Made by a program: the position numbers and the translations under genes. From positions 960,001 to 1,024,000 of the forward strand of contig CAWDML010000009.1 in NCBI GenBank assembly GCA_963803435.1: a stretch of DNA of 64,000 nt, given 5' to 3'. This stretch comes from an uncultured delta proteobacterium (GTDB lineage Bacteria; Myxococcota; Kuafuiibacteriia; Kuafuiibacteriales; Kuafuiibacteriaceae). Position 1 is the stretch's first letter. Every line of letters begins with the position of its first letter. The notes under the pieces are model-generated. The model was not told the DNA's origin, did not search any database, and saw only the letters and a program-made list of their open reading frames with translations. This document shows, one piece after another, positions 29,602-39,627 of this stretch.

Positions 29602-31479
29602 CTACACGCGCCTAGCCAGGGCGGCGCGCTCGTTCCGGACGAACAGGTACTTGGGCCGCCAGACCACCGCCGCCACCATCCCCGAGATCAGGTGCGCCGC
29701 GCCCAAGAACCAGTAGATGAGATCGATCGAGACGCTCGAGAGCGCTGCGCCGATCAGGTACGCCAGCGTGCTCCAGGCCAGCCGGCGATCGACCGTGATC
29801 GCGAGCGTCGCGGTCACCAGGAAGTACATGCCGAAGTCGACGAACAGCGAGTGCTCGATCGGGTGGCCGAGCCGCTGAGCGAAGGGACGGATCGCCAGCT
29901 CCATGATGATCAGGAGAAAGATGGACGCCGTGAGCTGGCGGTTGACCTCGGTGCCCGCGAGGGTCTGGCGCGCCCACGCCACCAGCAGCGCGGCCGACAG
30001 CAGCTTGATCCCGCTGGTCACATAGAAGTAGGCGAACGAGATCTGGATCCCCGACTGCATCATGATCGCGGCGGCCACGGGTACCCCGCCGAACGTCACG
30101 GCGGTCACCATCATCAGGAAGGCGCGCGTGCGACGGCCGGTGTCGAGGTTGCGGCTCTTCTGGAGGTTCCTGAGCTCCACCAGCTCGGCCTTTCGCCGCG
30201 ACATCTGGTGGGCCAGCTGATCGAGGCGCGCCTTCAGCTCCAGCCGGTGCGCGCCCAGGGACGCGAGCACCACCGCCGCCGACTCGAAGTCGTCGCGAGA
30301 GAGATCGTATTCGAACTTTCGCTCGAGACACCTCCGCAGCGCCTCGATCGCGCGCTGATTCTCGGGCCACTCCCGGAGCGCCTGCTCCAGCGCGAACCGC
30401 GCCTCGCCGAACAGGGTCTGGACCGCTACCGGATCGACCGGTGTGCCCGGCTCCTCGATCTCGCCCCACGACGTGAGCCTCTGCTCCGCCTGATCGACCA
30501 GCTCCTGCGAGCTCTCGTGCTCGAGAAACCGCTCCACCGCCTCGCGGAGCTCGCGCGCGCTCGCGAACCGGCGCGCCGGATCGCGATCGGTCGCCCGGTT
30601 GGCGATGGCGCCCAGCTCCGGTGGGATGTCCTTGGCGTAGTCGCAGGGCTCGGACGCCATCGCCGCGAGGAGCATGGATCCCACGTCGCCGCCCTCGTGC
30701 CGCGGTCGCTTGGTGATCAGCTCGTGCAGAATGGCGCCGAGCAGATACACGTCGGTACGCACGCTCAGCTCGTCGCCGTCGGCACGCACCATCTCGGGCG
30801 CCATGTAGGCGGGCGTCCCCGCCACGCTGTCGACGTCCTTCGCCAGCGCGAAGCGACCGCCGTGGCTGTCTCCCAAGCTCACCGCGATCCCCCAGTCGAC
30901 GACGTACACCTCTCCGAAGCTCCCGATCATCACGTTGGAGGGCTTGAGATCGCGGTGCACGATTCCGCGCGAAGCCGCAAACTCCACCGCGTTGGTGACC
31001 TGCGCCAGGATCTTGAGGTGCCACCGCAGGTCGTAGCTCGGATCGCGGATGAGGCTCGACCACGGATCTCCGTCGATCTTCTTCATCACGATCATCGGCC
31101 GCCCGGCTGCGTCCACGCCGACGCTGTAGATGGGGATGATGTTCGGGTGCTCGAGCGCGCCGGTGACCCAGGCCTCGCGCAGGATCAGGAGGGCGAGCGC
31201 CGGGTCATCCTTGTCCGTCCGGAGCGTCTTCACGGCCACCTGGCGCCCGATCGCCAGCTGTTCGGCGGCGCGCACGCGGCCCATACCGCCCTCTCCGATC
31301 GTGGCCCCGAGCGAGAGGTCCTTGGCGGCGTCGTTGCGCTCCAGCTGCGGCAGCGCCTCGATCAGCCGATCGGCGCTGCGCCCCGGGATGAACGTGGAGG
31401 GGAGGATGGTGCCGTCGCTCGTTCGGAGCGTGGTGTCCAAGAGGCGAAGCGTCTCCTCGAGCGTCGGGCTCTCGGTCAT
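29602..31479 (-). CDS. Ser/Thr protein kinase with C-terminal multi-TM domain
   Basis: [37 protein letters not shown]; ~5-6 C-terminal TMs; the stop codon is supplied by the IS end. Confidence 0.92.
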   Translation of the reverse strand: MTESPTLEETLRLLDTTLRTSDGTILPSTFIPGRSADRLIEALPQLERNDAAKDLSLGATIGEGGMGRVRAAEQLAIGRQVAVKTLRTDKDDPALALLILREAWVTGALEHPNIIPIYSVGVDAAGRPMIVMKKIDGDPWSSLIRDPSYDLRWHLKILAQVTNAVEFAASRGIVHRDLKPSNVMIGSFGEVYVVDWGIAVSLGDSHGGRFALAKDVDSVAGTPAYMAPEMVRADGDELSVRTDVYLLGAILHELITKRPRHEGGDVGSMLLAAMASEPCDYAKDIPPELGAIANRATDRDPARRFASARELREAVERFLEHESSQELVDQAEQRLTSWGEIEEPGTPVDPVAVQTLFGEARFALEQALREWPENQRAIEALRRCLERKFEYDLSRDDFESAAVVLASLGAHRLELKARLDQLAHQMSRRKAELVELRNLQKSRNLDTGRRTRAFLMMVTAVTFGGVPVAAAIMMQSGIQISFAYFYVTSGIKLLSAALLVAWARQTLAGTEVNRQLTASIFLLIIMELAIRPFAQRLGHPIEHSLFVDFGMYFLVTATLAITVDRRLAWSTLAYLIGAALSSVSIDLIYWFLGAAHLISGMVAAVVWRPKYLFVRNERAALARRV

Positions 31480-31499
31480 TCCGCGAGCATAGCAGGCCG

Positions 31500-31659
31500 G
31501 CTCGCGTTCGCCGCCGTCGGTCCAGACACCATCGCCAAGCTCCTCTTCACCTCGGGATCGACCGGTCACCCAAAGGGCGCGGTCAACACGCACCGCATGC
31601 TCACCACCAACCAGGAGAGCCTGGCCGCCTGCTGGCCGGGAACCACAACCTCTTCCTGA
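31500..31659 (+). pseudogene. Short fragment of a feruloyl-CoA-synthase-like acyl-CoA ligase
   Basis: [29 protein letters not shown] (AMP-binding P-loop) with no flanking gene body. Confidence 0.7.
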
Positions 31660-32032
31660 TCCTCCGGAACGTCGGCAGCCTGTTCATCGACGCGGGCGCG
31701 CTTGCCGGCTGGGGGTCGCCGCCTACAATCGCGCGCATCCGGGCACCAGCGAGCACGTCGCTCGGGCGCGGTGGTCGACGAACCCTTGTCCCTGGACGCG
31801 GGGGAGACCACCGACAAGGGCGACACGAACCAACGTCGCGTTCTGGATCGCCGGAGTGCCGAGGTGACACGGCTCTTCGAGGATCCGCCCGGCGAGGCCG
31901 TGTACAGCTTTAGCGGCGATCTCGAAGCGACGCCGGTGTAGCCGTTCGCACCGCGACGGCTGCGTCGCTGAATCAATATTCACCTGTCTGTGACCTCGCT
32001 GTGAAATGGACGTGCAATGATGATGAGTACCG

Positions 32033-33520
32033 GTGAGCGCGCCCGAGACCACCACGATCGTTCTGAGTGATCTTCACCTCACCGATGCTGAAGCGATCGA
32101 CCCGCGCCGTCCGCTCTGGAAGCGATTCAAGAGCGCCGATCTATTCATCGACGGCAGCTTCGCTCGCTTCGTCGAGCAGCTCACGGAAGAGGCGGACGGA
32201 CCCATCGAGCTGATCTTCGCCGGCGACACCTTCGACTTCGACGCCGTCGTTGCGCTCCCCGAGTCGCCCGACTTTCCCATCAGCTGGCTCGAGGTCCACC
32301 GCGGGCTCGAAGCCTCCGAGGAGAAGTCGCTCTTCAAGATGGAGGTCATCCTGAAGACCCACGAGGTCTGGGCGAGCGCGCTGCGCCGATTCCTCGACGC
32401 GGGTCACCGGGCGGTCTTCATCATCGGCAATCACGACATCGAGCTGCACTGGGCCTCCGTGAAGCGACTCCTGCGGGAGGCGCTCGGCCGCTCGGAGAGC
32501 GATGCTTCCGTCGAGTTCTGCGAGTGGTTCTACATCAGCAACGGCGACACGCTGATCGAGCACGGGAACCAGTACGACGCGTACTGCGTCTGCCCGGATC
32601 CGGTCTGGCCGTTCATCGAGCGCAAGGGGACGCTGTTCGTGCGGATGCCGTTCGGCAACCTGGCCAGCCGTATCATGCTCAACGGCATGGGGCTGTTCAA
32701 CCCGAACGTCGACGCCAGCTTCATCATGTCGACGCGCGAGTACCTGTCCTTCTTCTTCCGCTACGTGGCGCGCGTTCAGCCCTTCCTCCTCTTCACCTGG
32801 CTGTGGAGCGCGCTCGCCACCATGCTGGTCTCGCTGCGCGAAGGCATCCTCCCCGCCAAGCGCGATCCGCTGCGGCTCGAGGAGCGCGTCGCCGACATCG
32901 CCCGCCGCGCCAACGCCACGCCCCGGGTGGTGCGGGCGATGAAGACGCTCCACACCCACTCCGCGATCTTCAACCCGTGGAAGATCCTTCGCGAGCTCTG
33001 GCTGGACCGCGCGCTCCTGTTCCTCGCGCTGCTCTGGGCCAGCGTGCAGATCTTCGCGTTCCTCAACGTGTTCGTGTCGCTCAGCCTGTGGTGGGTGCTG
33101 CTCCCGCTCCTGGTCCTGATGCCTCCGTTCATCTTCTACGCGCGCTCGGTGCACTCGGACATCGGCAAGGCCGAGCGACACGCGCTCGAGGTGGCGGGCA
33201 CGCTCTGCAGCGTCGCCGGCGTCGACCGGATGATCTTCGGGCACACGCACAACGCGCTGCAGCGCAAGGAGAACGGCGTCGAGGTGATCAACACCGGCTC
33301 CTGGTCGCCGGCCTTCCACGACGTCCAGTGCACGAAGCCGTACGGTGCCAAGCGCTTCGCCTGCGTGCGTCCGGACGGGGAGGGCGGCCGCTCTGCGCAC
33401 CTGCTCGAGTGGAACGACACGGAGCCCCTCCCGGCGCTCCTCGCCAATCGGAAGCGCCGGCGCGCGAAGGCCGCCCCAATCCGCGCGCCCGGGATCGCCA
33501 TCCGCGCGCGATCCAAGTGA
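32033..33520 (+). CDS. Calcineurin-like metallophosphoesterase with inserted TM helices
   Basis: SDLH, GD.FD, GNHD, EHGNQYD, FGHTH, NTGSW. Confidence 0.85.
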   Translation: MSAPETTTIVLSDLHLTDAEAIDPRRPLWKRFKSADLFIDGSFARFVEQLTEEADGPIELIFAGDTFDFDAVVALPESPDFPISWLEVHRGLEASEEKSLFKMEVILKTHEVWASALRRFLDAGHRAVFIIGNHDIELHWASVKRLLREALGRSESDASVEFCEWFYISNGDTLIEHGNQYDAYCVCPDPVWPFIERKGTLFVRMPFGNLASRIMLNGMGLFNPNVDASFIMSTREYLSFFFRYVARVQPFLLFTWLWSALATMLVSLREGILPAKRDPLRLEERVADIARRANATPRVVRAMKTLHTHSAIFNPWKILRELWLDRALLFLALLWASVQIFAFLNVFVSLSLWWVLLPLLVLMPPFIFYARSVHSDIGKAERHALEVAGTLCSVAGVDRMIFGHTHNALQRKENGVEVINTGSWSPAFHDVQCTKPYGAKRFACVRPDGEGGRSAHLLEWNDTEPLPALLANRKRRRAKAAPIRAPGIAIRARSK

Positions 33521-33527
33521 TCCGAGC

Positions 33528-34295
33528 TCACTCGAACACGCGGACGAAGTCGCGTGGCGCGCGCCGCCGCCGCAGGCACCGCGTGGTCGCGCTCATGTAG
33601 CAGACCGAGAAGGCGCGGCGGGGATGGCCGGTCGCGTTCCGGCCCGAGCGATGCCACAGATAGTTGTGGACGAGGATCGCCTCGCCGGCGCGCGCCGGGA
33701 TCGAGAGGGCGCGCTCCACCGCGCGCGCCTCCTTCACGCGGTCCTCGGGGATCATGCCGCCCAGGGGCGTCGCCAGGCCGTCGCGGTGGCTGGCCGGCAC
33801 CAGCTCCAGGCAGCCGCCCTCGAGCGGCGTGTCGTCGAGCGCCGTCCAGATCTGCAGCTCTGGATCGCGATCGAGGCCCCAGAACTTGCCGCCGTCCTGA
33901 TGCCACGGCAGGTACGTGCCTCCGGTGCTGGCCTTGTTGAAGAGCACGGCACGATAGATCGCGACCGGCCCCGCGATGAGGCGCCGCGCGATGGCTTCGA
34001 ACAGCGGATTCTCGATCCACGCGGAGAAGAGCGGGTCCCTCTCGAGCTTCTCGATCTTGCGGTAGTTCAGCGACGGTCCCTGATAGCCCTTGCCGAACTC
34101 GAGGTCGGCGTAGTCACCGGTGGCCGTGTCGTGCTGGAAGAACAGCCCTGGGTAGCTCACCGTCCCCAGCATGATCTCGTCGGCGCGGCTGGTGAGCGCC
34201 TCAATCGTCGGCTGGTCGGCGACCGGACCGAGCCGCGCGTAGCCCTCCCGCCGGAACTGCTCGAGGACGTCGTCGAGCCGCTCGTTCCCGCTCAC
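33528..34295 (-). CDS. Phytanoyl-CoA dioxygenase (PhyH) family Fe/2OG enzyme
   Basis: FRREGY, PWHQD, WTALDD..GGCLE.VPASH, H.SG.N..PRRA. Confidence 0.9.
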   Translation of the reverse strand: MSGNERLDDVLEQFRREGYARLGPVADQPTIEALTSRADEIMLGTVSYPGLFFQHDTATGDYADLEFGKGYQGPSLNYRKIEKLERDPLFSAWIENPLFEAIARRLIAGPVAIYRAVLFNKASTGGTYLPWHQDGGKFWGLDRDPELQIWTALDDTPLEGGCLELVPASHRDGLATPLGGMIPEDRVKEARAVERALSIPARAGEAILVHNYLWHRSGRNATGHPRRAFSVCYMSATTRCLRRRRAPRDFVRVFE

Positions 34296-35335
34296 GGCGT
34301 CTCGAGCTCCTCGTAGTCGACACCGACCCCGTCGTCCGCGGACTCCAGCCCGCCGACCGGATGCCCGATCTCCACCTCGGCGCCGAAGACCCCGGCCAGC
34401 TCGGCGTGCCCGCGCGTGATCTCGAGGCGCCGGAGGGCCCCGAACCGGCGCGCCTCCCGGCCCAGCGCCTCGATCTCCTTGGCGCCGGTGGGATCGATCC
34501 GAAGGCGCTCGAGCCGCTGCGCCCGCCCGCTCTCGAAGAGGCTGCCAATCACCTCGACGCTCCTCGGCGCGGTGGAGATCGAAAAGGAGGTGAGGGCGGG
34601 GACAGCCTCGAGGAGCTCGGTCAGCGATCCGTCGATCGACGCCATCAACGCCAGCGACTCGAGGCTGCGCCAGTCCACCGCGCGGAACGAGGCGACCGGG
34701 ATCGCGCTGGTGAAGAGCATCATGAATCGGACGCCCCAGGCCTTCACACCCCCGAAGCTGATGCGCTGGCAGGCGACGCTGAGCGTCTCGACGTTCGGGA
34801 GCGCGTCCGACAAGAGCTTCACCGAGACCCGACCCGCGCCCAGACCGGAGACGTACAGGTGGCGGACGCTGGCGCGCTCGCTGGAGCAGACGGCGCTCAA
34901 CACGGTGCGCTCCAGGTCGTGCGTCTGCTCGTCGATGAGGCCGTCCGACCCGACCACCACGCTCAGCCGATGGATCAGCGCCATCGCCGGAGCGTCCAGA
35001 GCGGTCCGCACCACTCGCCGTGCGAGCTGGGTCGGGAGGTCGTGGGCAATCTGCAAGCTGGCCTGCCGAACGAACCCGAGGTGCCAGCGCACACCGGTCA
35101 GGTAAGGCGCTACCTCCGCCAGCGGTCCGACCAGGGCCTCCTTGTGGGTCCGGAAGAAGTCGCGCGCGGCCGCCCTCGCCTCGGGGTCGCTCTGCGTCTG
35201 GGCCCGATGCTCGAGCACGATCAACTCGCCCCGAGGATCCTCCGCCTGCTGCAGATAGTCGGCGAGCACCAGGTACGCATCGTCCTCGTCCGGTCGCTCG
35301 ACGAGCATGCGCCGCAGGGCCTCGAAGCGCGCCAT
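34292..35335 (-). CDS. TIGR02996 domain protein with LRR-like C-terminus
   Basis: PDEDDAYLVLADYL....DPRGELI; W..GFV; LxxLxL repeats. Confidence 0.8.
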   Translation of the reverse strand: MARFEALRRMLVERPDEDDAYLVLADYLQQAEDPRGELIVLEHRAQTQSDPEARAAARDFFRTHKEALVGPLAEVAPYLTGVRWHLGFVRQASLQIAHDLPTQLARRVVRTALDAPAMALIHRLSVVVGSDGLIDEQTHDLERTVLSAVCSSERASVRHLYVSGLGAGRVSVKLLSDALPNVETLSVACQRISFGGVKAWGVRFMMLFTSAIPVASFRAVDWRSLESLALMASIDGSLTELLEAVPALTSFSISTAPRSVEVIGSLFESGRAQRLERLRIDPTGAKEIEALGREARRFGALRRLEITRGHAELAGVFGAEVEIGHPVGGLESADDGVGVDYEELETP

Positions 35336-35379
35336 CTCCCCCCGACGATGTCACAACCGGGCCGCCCCTTCACCCCGCT

Positions 35380-36308
35380 TCAGCGCCCCTTCCGCGCACG
35401 CCGTACCCCCGGCTCCCGCGCGCAAAGCTCGACCATCCGCTCCATCAACCAGCGGGTGGCCGGACCCTGGTCGAGGTCGGGACGATGGACCAGCGCCAGC
35501 GAGAGCTGCCACTCGTCGTCGCTCCAGGCCGTCGGGCGGATCCGGACCAGGCGGCCGGCGGCCGAATCCGCTTTCACCATGTGCTCCGGCAGATTTCCCC
35601 AGCCGAGCCCGCCCAGGAGGAGCGCCCGCTTGGTCCACAGGTCGGCCACCCGCCAGGTCTGGTGCGAGAGCACGCCCTGGTCCGGTGTCCCCGCCTCCTC
35701 GCCCCGCTCGCTGAGCACGATGTTGATCTCCTCGGCCATGACCCGGTTGGAGATGCGGCCGCGGGCGCGGCTCAACCGGTGGCCGCGGGCCACCACCGGG
35801 ATCATGCGGACCACCGCGATGTGCCGGCGTTCGAGCCCGTGACTCTCGGCGGCGGGACCACCACCCCAATCTGGCAGGTGCCGCTGGCGACCAGCGCGGA
35901 GACCGCGGAGAGCGTCTCGGTGTGCACGCGGAGCGGGACGGTCGGATACTTCTCCGCGAACTCCCGCGCCACCTCGACGATGGCGCGGACCGGGAAGATC
36001 GCGTCCACCGCAATCGCGATGCTGGCCTCGAGCCCGCCGGTGAGGCCCCGCGCCACCCCCTTCATCAGATCGACGTCGGCCACGATGCGGCGGGCGGCGT
36101 TGAGGAGCACGGCCCCTTCGGGGGTCAGCTTCGGGATCCGCGTGCTTCGGTCCCAGATCCGGACCTCGAGCAGGCTCTCGAGATTGCTCATCGCATGGCT
36201 CACCGCCGACTGGACGCGCTGGAGCTTGCGCCCGGCGGCAGAGAAGCTGCCCTCGTCCGCCACGGCGACGAACGTGCGGAGCTGATCGAGCGTGATCGCG
36301 TCGAGCAT
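35380..36308 (-). CDS. LysR-family regulator, frameshifted near 35830
   Basis: LDQLRTFVAVADEGSFSAAG..QSAVS HTH; the C-terminal GLGWGNLPEHMV is in another frame. Confidence 0.85.
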
Positions 36309-36309
36309 C

Positions 36310-37020
36310 TCAGGCCAAATCGAAGATCAGGACTTCGGCCGGCCCGCCCGGATCCTGCCCGGTGAGGCCGAAGGCGGTCTGATCGCTGATCGCCGCACCG
36401 TCGCCGGCCTCCAGCCGGTGACCGTCGAGTTCGACGCTCCCGCGCGCCACCTGGACCCACGCGTGCCGGCCGCGCGCGAGCTCGACCGGGACCTTGGCCC
36501 CGTCGTCGAGGAGTCCCGCGAGGAGCCGGACATCCTGATGCACCGTGATGGATCCGTCGCGCCCGTCCGGCGAGGCCACCAGCAGGAGCTGATCCGTGCG
36601 CGCCTCCGCCGAAAACGCCTTCTGCTCGTAGCTCGGCGTCAACCCTGCCTGCGCGGGGAGGATCCAAATCTGGAGGAAGTGCACCAGGTCCGTCTTCGAG
36701 GCGTTGTGCTCGCTGTGGTGGACGCCCGTCCCTGCGGTCATGCGCTGGACCTCGCCGGGTCGGATCACCGATCCGGTCCCCATGCTGTCCTTGTGCTCGA
36801 GCGCGCCCTCGAGGACGTAGGAGATGATCTCCATGTTCTGGTGCCCGTGCATGCCGAAGCCGCGGCTCGGCTGCACGCGGTCCTCGTTGATCACGCGCAG
36901 CGCCCGGAAGCCCATGTGGGCAGGGTCGTGGTAACCGGCGAACGAGAAGGTGTGAAACGAGCGAAGCCACCCGTGGTCCGCGAAGCCGCGCTCGGATGCT
37001 CGTCTGAGCTGGATTGACAT
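36310..37020 (-). CDS. Pirin family protein (YhhW-like)
   Basis: HGWL.S.HTFSF, LRVINED, H.H..MEIISY, HKDSMG, HSE.N, LQIW. Confidence 0.95.
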   Translation of the reverse strand: MSIQLRRASERGFADHGWLRSFHTFSFAGYHDPAHMGFRALRVINEDRVQPSRGFGMHGHQNMEIISYVLEGALEHKDSMGTGSVIRPGEVQRMTAGTGVHHSEHNASKTDLVHFLQIWILPAQAGLTPSYEQKAFSAEARTDQLLLVASPDGRDGSITVHQDVRLLAGLLDDGAKVPVELARGRHAWVQVARGSVELDGHRLEAGDGAAISDQTAFGLTGQDPGGPAEVLIFDLA

Positions 37021-37076
37021 GCCCCGAGGCTAGGCCCGCCGGACCATCTCGAAAAGAGGCAATCACATCATACGAA

Positions 37077-37095
37077 CCATCGATAAGATAGATGG
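37077..37095. promoter_or_regulatory. Putative LysR-type binding site upstream of pirin
   Basis: CCATC-N9-GATGG (T-N11-A dyad) in an AT-richer patch 57-75 bp upstream of the pirin ATG; a LysR gene follows pirin. Confidence 0.55.
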
Positions 37096-37096
37096 C

Positions 37097-37732
37097 TCAG
37101 AACCGCCCGGCGATCGAGAGGGACCAGCCGCCGTCGCCTCCCAGAGGCGCCACCGAGGCGCGGAAGCTGCGGATCCCGTCCTGGTAGTCGACGGCCCGCC
37201 GCTGATTGATGGTGTCGATGATGAAAACCGGGACGGCGACGGTGGAGATTCCGAGGCCGATGCCGGCCACCAGGTCGTGGTCCGTGACCCCGCCGATCGC
37301 CGCGATTGCGCCGCCGATCGCCACCAGGCCCAGCTCGGCGGCGCGATAGTAAACGAAGCGCGACGTGGTCCCGTGGATGTGCTCGAGCTCCTCCTCTTGG
37401 AACGCACCCGGATCGCGGGCGAGCGTCTCCTGGTAGTGGTCGAGCTCGGCGGCCGCCTGGAACGCATAAAAGACGGCGCCGATCAGCTCTGCTGATCCGA
37501 GCGTGAGGAGCGGCCATCCGAACCCGCGGGCAAGCTCCGAGCCTCGCGCGATCAGCAGGCTCCCGCCGACGATCGACGCGACGCTCAGCCCGGTGATCAC
37601 GTAGGCGGCGTTGGCCTCGCCGCCGTAGTAGCCGTCGATGAGCTGCGCCACCGGCTGCTCGGCGAACGCGGGCTCCGAGGTGCCGGCGACCGCGAGACCC
37701 AACACGGCGATCAACGTTCCGTGCGTCGACAT
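37097..37732 (-). CDS. Uncharacterised exported/membrane protein
   Basis: Signal peptide and ~4 hydrophobic segments; coupled to the TetR gene. Confidence 0.65.
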   Translation of the reverse strand: MSTHGTLIAVLGLAVAGTSEPAFAEQPVAQLIDGYYGGEANAAYVITGLSVASIVGGSLLIARGSELARGFGWPLLTLGSAELIGAVFYAFQAAAELDHYQETLARDPGAFQEEELEHIHGTTSRFVYYRAAELGLVAIGGAIAAIGGVTDHDLVAGIGLGISTVAVPVFIIDTINQRRAVDYQDGIRSFRASVAPLGGDGGWSLSIAGRF

Positions 37733-37734
37733 GA

Positions 37735-38331
37735 TCAGCGCTCCTTCTTCGTCTTCTTCTTCGACTGCGGCTTGCCGAGGGGCACCAGCTCGGCCAGGGC
37801 CGAAAGGAGTGCGTCCGTGTCGGCCTCGCGCGGATGCCCCTCGAAGAGCAGGTGCTGGACACCGAGCCCGAGCAGGACCGCCTCGAGCAGCGCCGCGTGC
37901 GGATGTCTCTCGGGGAGGCCGAGCACCTGCTCCACTACGCTCCGCACCGCCAGCACGCCCTCGACCAGCTGCTTTCGCAGCGATCGATCCCCCTCGGACG
38001 CCACCAGCAGCCCCACCAGGATCCGCGTCCGGCGCCGGTTCTTGACCAGCCCGGCGGTCAGCTCGGCGAGCGCGCGCGGCACGTCCTCGGTCGGCGTCGA
38101 CGCGATCACCCGGGTCACGTCCTCGCCGACGGACAAGAGGTGATGGCGCGCCACCGCCGCAATCAGATCGGCGCGGTGGGGGAAGTAGTACGTGAGGTGG
38201 CTCTGCCGGACGCCGGCCTCCTTGGCGACCTGCGTCTGCGTCAGGCGTCCCAGGCCGTATCTCCCCAGCACCCGGAGCGCCGCCGCCAATAGTCGGTCGG
38301 GAATGGCCTCATCCTTCGCCTTGGTAGCCAT
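37735..38331 (-). CDS. TetR-family regulator
   Basis: LLAAALRVL...G...LT..QVAKEAGVRQSHLTYYFP HTH. Confidence 0.9.
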   Translation of the reverse strand: MATKAKDEAIPDRLLAAALRVLGRYGLGRLTQTQVAKEAGVRQSHLTYYFPHRADLIAAVARHHLLSVGEDVTRVIASTPTEDVPRALAELTAGLVKNRRRTRILVGLLVASEGDRSLRKQLVEGVLAVRSVVEQVLGLPERHPHAALLEAVLLGLGVQHLLFEGHPREADTDALLSALAELVPLGKPQSKKKTKKER

Positions 38332-38360
38332 ACCAATGAGCCTTGGTAGGACTACCAAGG
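38319..38360. promoter_or_regulatory. Tandem palindromic operators overlapping the TetR start
   Basis: TTGGTA-GCCA-TACCAA (38321-38336) and CCTTGGTAG-GA-CTACCAAGG (38341-38360). Confidence 0.7.
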
Positions 38361-38373
38361 AGGTCTCAGGTCG

Positions 38374-39253
38374 TCAAGCCGGCGCTCGCCCGAGCTCGCG
38401 CTGCGCCAACGCGCGGAGCAGCACCGCCACCTTATCGTCCTCGAGCAGCGCGCGCCGCCGGATCGAATAGAGAGGAAGCGCACGCGTGGGGATCGAGCGG
38501 ATCGCGACCAGGCCCTCCCGCGAAGCCGCGATCACGTCGGGGAGGACACTGAGCACCTGGCCCCCGAGGATCGCCTCGATGCGAAGAGCCAGCGAAGCGG
38601 TCATCACCACGGTCCGGCCCAGCTCGACCGGCCAGCCGTCGTCCTCGCCCTCGGGTCCCGCGAACGCGTGCGCGCACAGCGCGTCGATCGGGAGCTCGGA
38701 CTGGGCCGCCAGCGGATGTTCGGCGGCGCAGTAGACCGAAGTGGAGAGCGAGCTGAGCAGCGACAGCTCGAGAATCGTCGTGCTCGACCGGGTCGAACGA
38801 CAGCGCCAGGTCGATCCGCCCGCGAAGGAGGTCGTGGACGATCTCGGGCGCGTTGGCGTCGCGGAAGCAGGGGAGGAGATCGGGGTGTGCTGCAGAGAGC
38901 TCGCGGAGGAGCGGGAGCACGAGGACGGCGGCGATCGGTGTGCTGGCGCCGATGTAGATCGGACCGACCATCTGCTGCTCGGCGATCGCCGCCAGCACGT
39001 CGTCGACGAGCCGCATCGCATCGCGCACGCCGGAGAGGAGCTTTTGTCCCGCTGCGTTGAGCACCAGGGCGCGGCCGACGCGGCTGAACAGCGGCCGGCC
39101 GACGTCGGCCTCGAGCAGATGGATCGTGCGGGAGAGCGCGGACGGGCTGACGAACAGCAGCTTGGACGCGGTGGGCAGGTGCTGCGTCTCGGCAACCGCT
39201 CGGAATCCTGGGAGAAAGTTCCAAAGCGTGGTGAGTCGTCGAACCCGCTCCAT
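38374..39253 (-). CDS. LysR-family regulator, frameshifted near 38775
   Basis: WNFLPGFRAVAETQHLPTAS..L.VSPSALSRTI..LE..VG..LF.R.GR.L.L; LLRGRIDLAL. Confidence 0.82.
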
Positions 39254-39331
39254 GGGCGGATCATACGACCTGTTCTCCGGCCCGAGGCGGATCGCATTGT
39301 TTCGGGCGCGGGCGCGGCGTATCAGGCGGGC

Positions 39332-39553
39332 ATGGCGGACACCCGGAAGATGACCTGCAAGCCGAACGGCCCGTACCTGATCCAGGGCCCCCTCGAGATC
39401 GTGGATCCGACCGGAGCGGTCCTCACGGTCGAGGCCGGGACGACCGCGGCGCTGTGCCGCTGCGGCGGCTCCACCAACAAGCCCTTCTGCGACGGGACGC
39501 ACTCGAAGATCGGGTTTCAGGCAGCGGAGGCGGCGGTGGCGAAGGAGGGTTAG
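39332..39553 (+). CDS. CDGSH iron-sulfur domain protein
   Basis: NGPYL...LCRCGGSTNKPFCDGTH. Confidence 0.92.
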   Translation: MADTRKMTCKPNGPYLIQGPLEIVDPTGAVLTVEAGTTAALCRCGGSTNKPFCDGTHSKIGFQAAEAAVAKEG

Positions 39554-39627
39554 CGGATCGCCATCGGTCGTTCGGGCGATGAGGTCGCGGTGGAGCACCC
39601 GAACACACACGTGGTAGCGCAGTCCGC

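Larger units (their letters stand above)
28336..29611. mobile_element. IS1182-derived non-autonomous cassette, copy 2
   Basis: Same termini as 2700-3721 (one mismatch in the right IR); CTAG at 28332-28335 and 29612-29615; ~700 bp nearly identical to copy 1. Confidence 0.9.
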
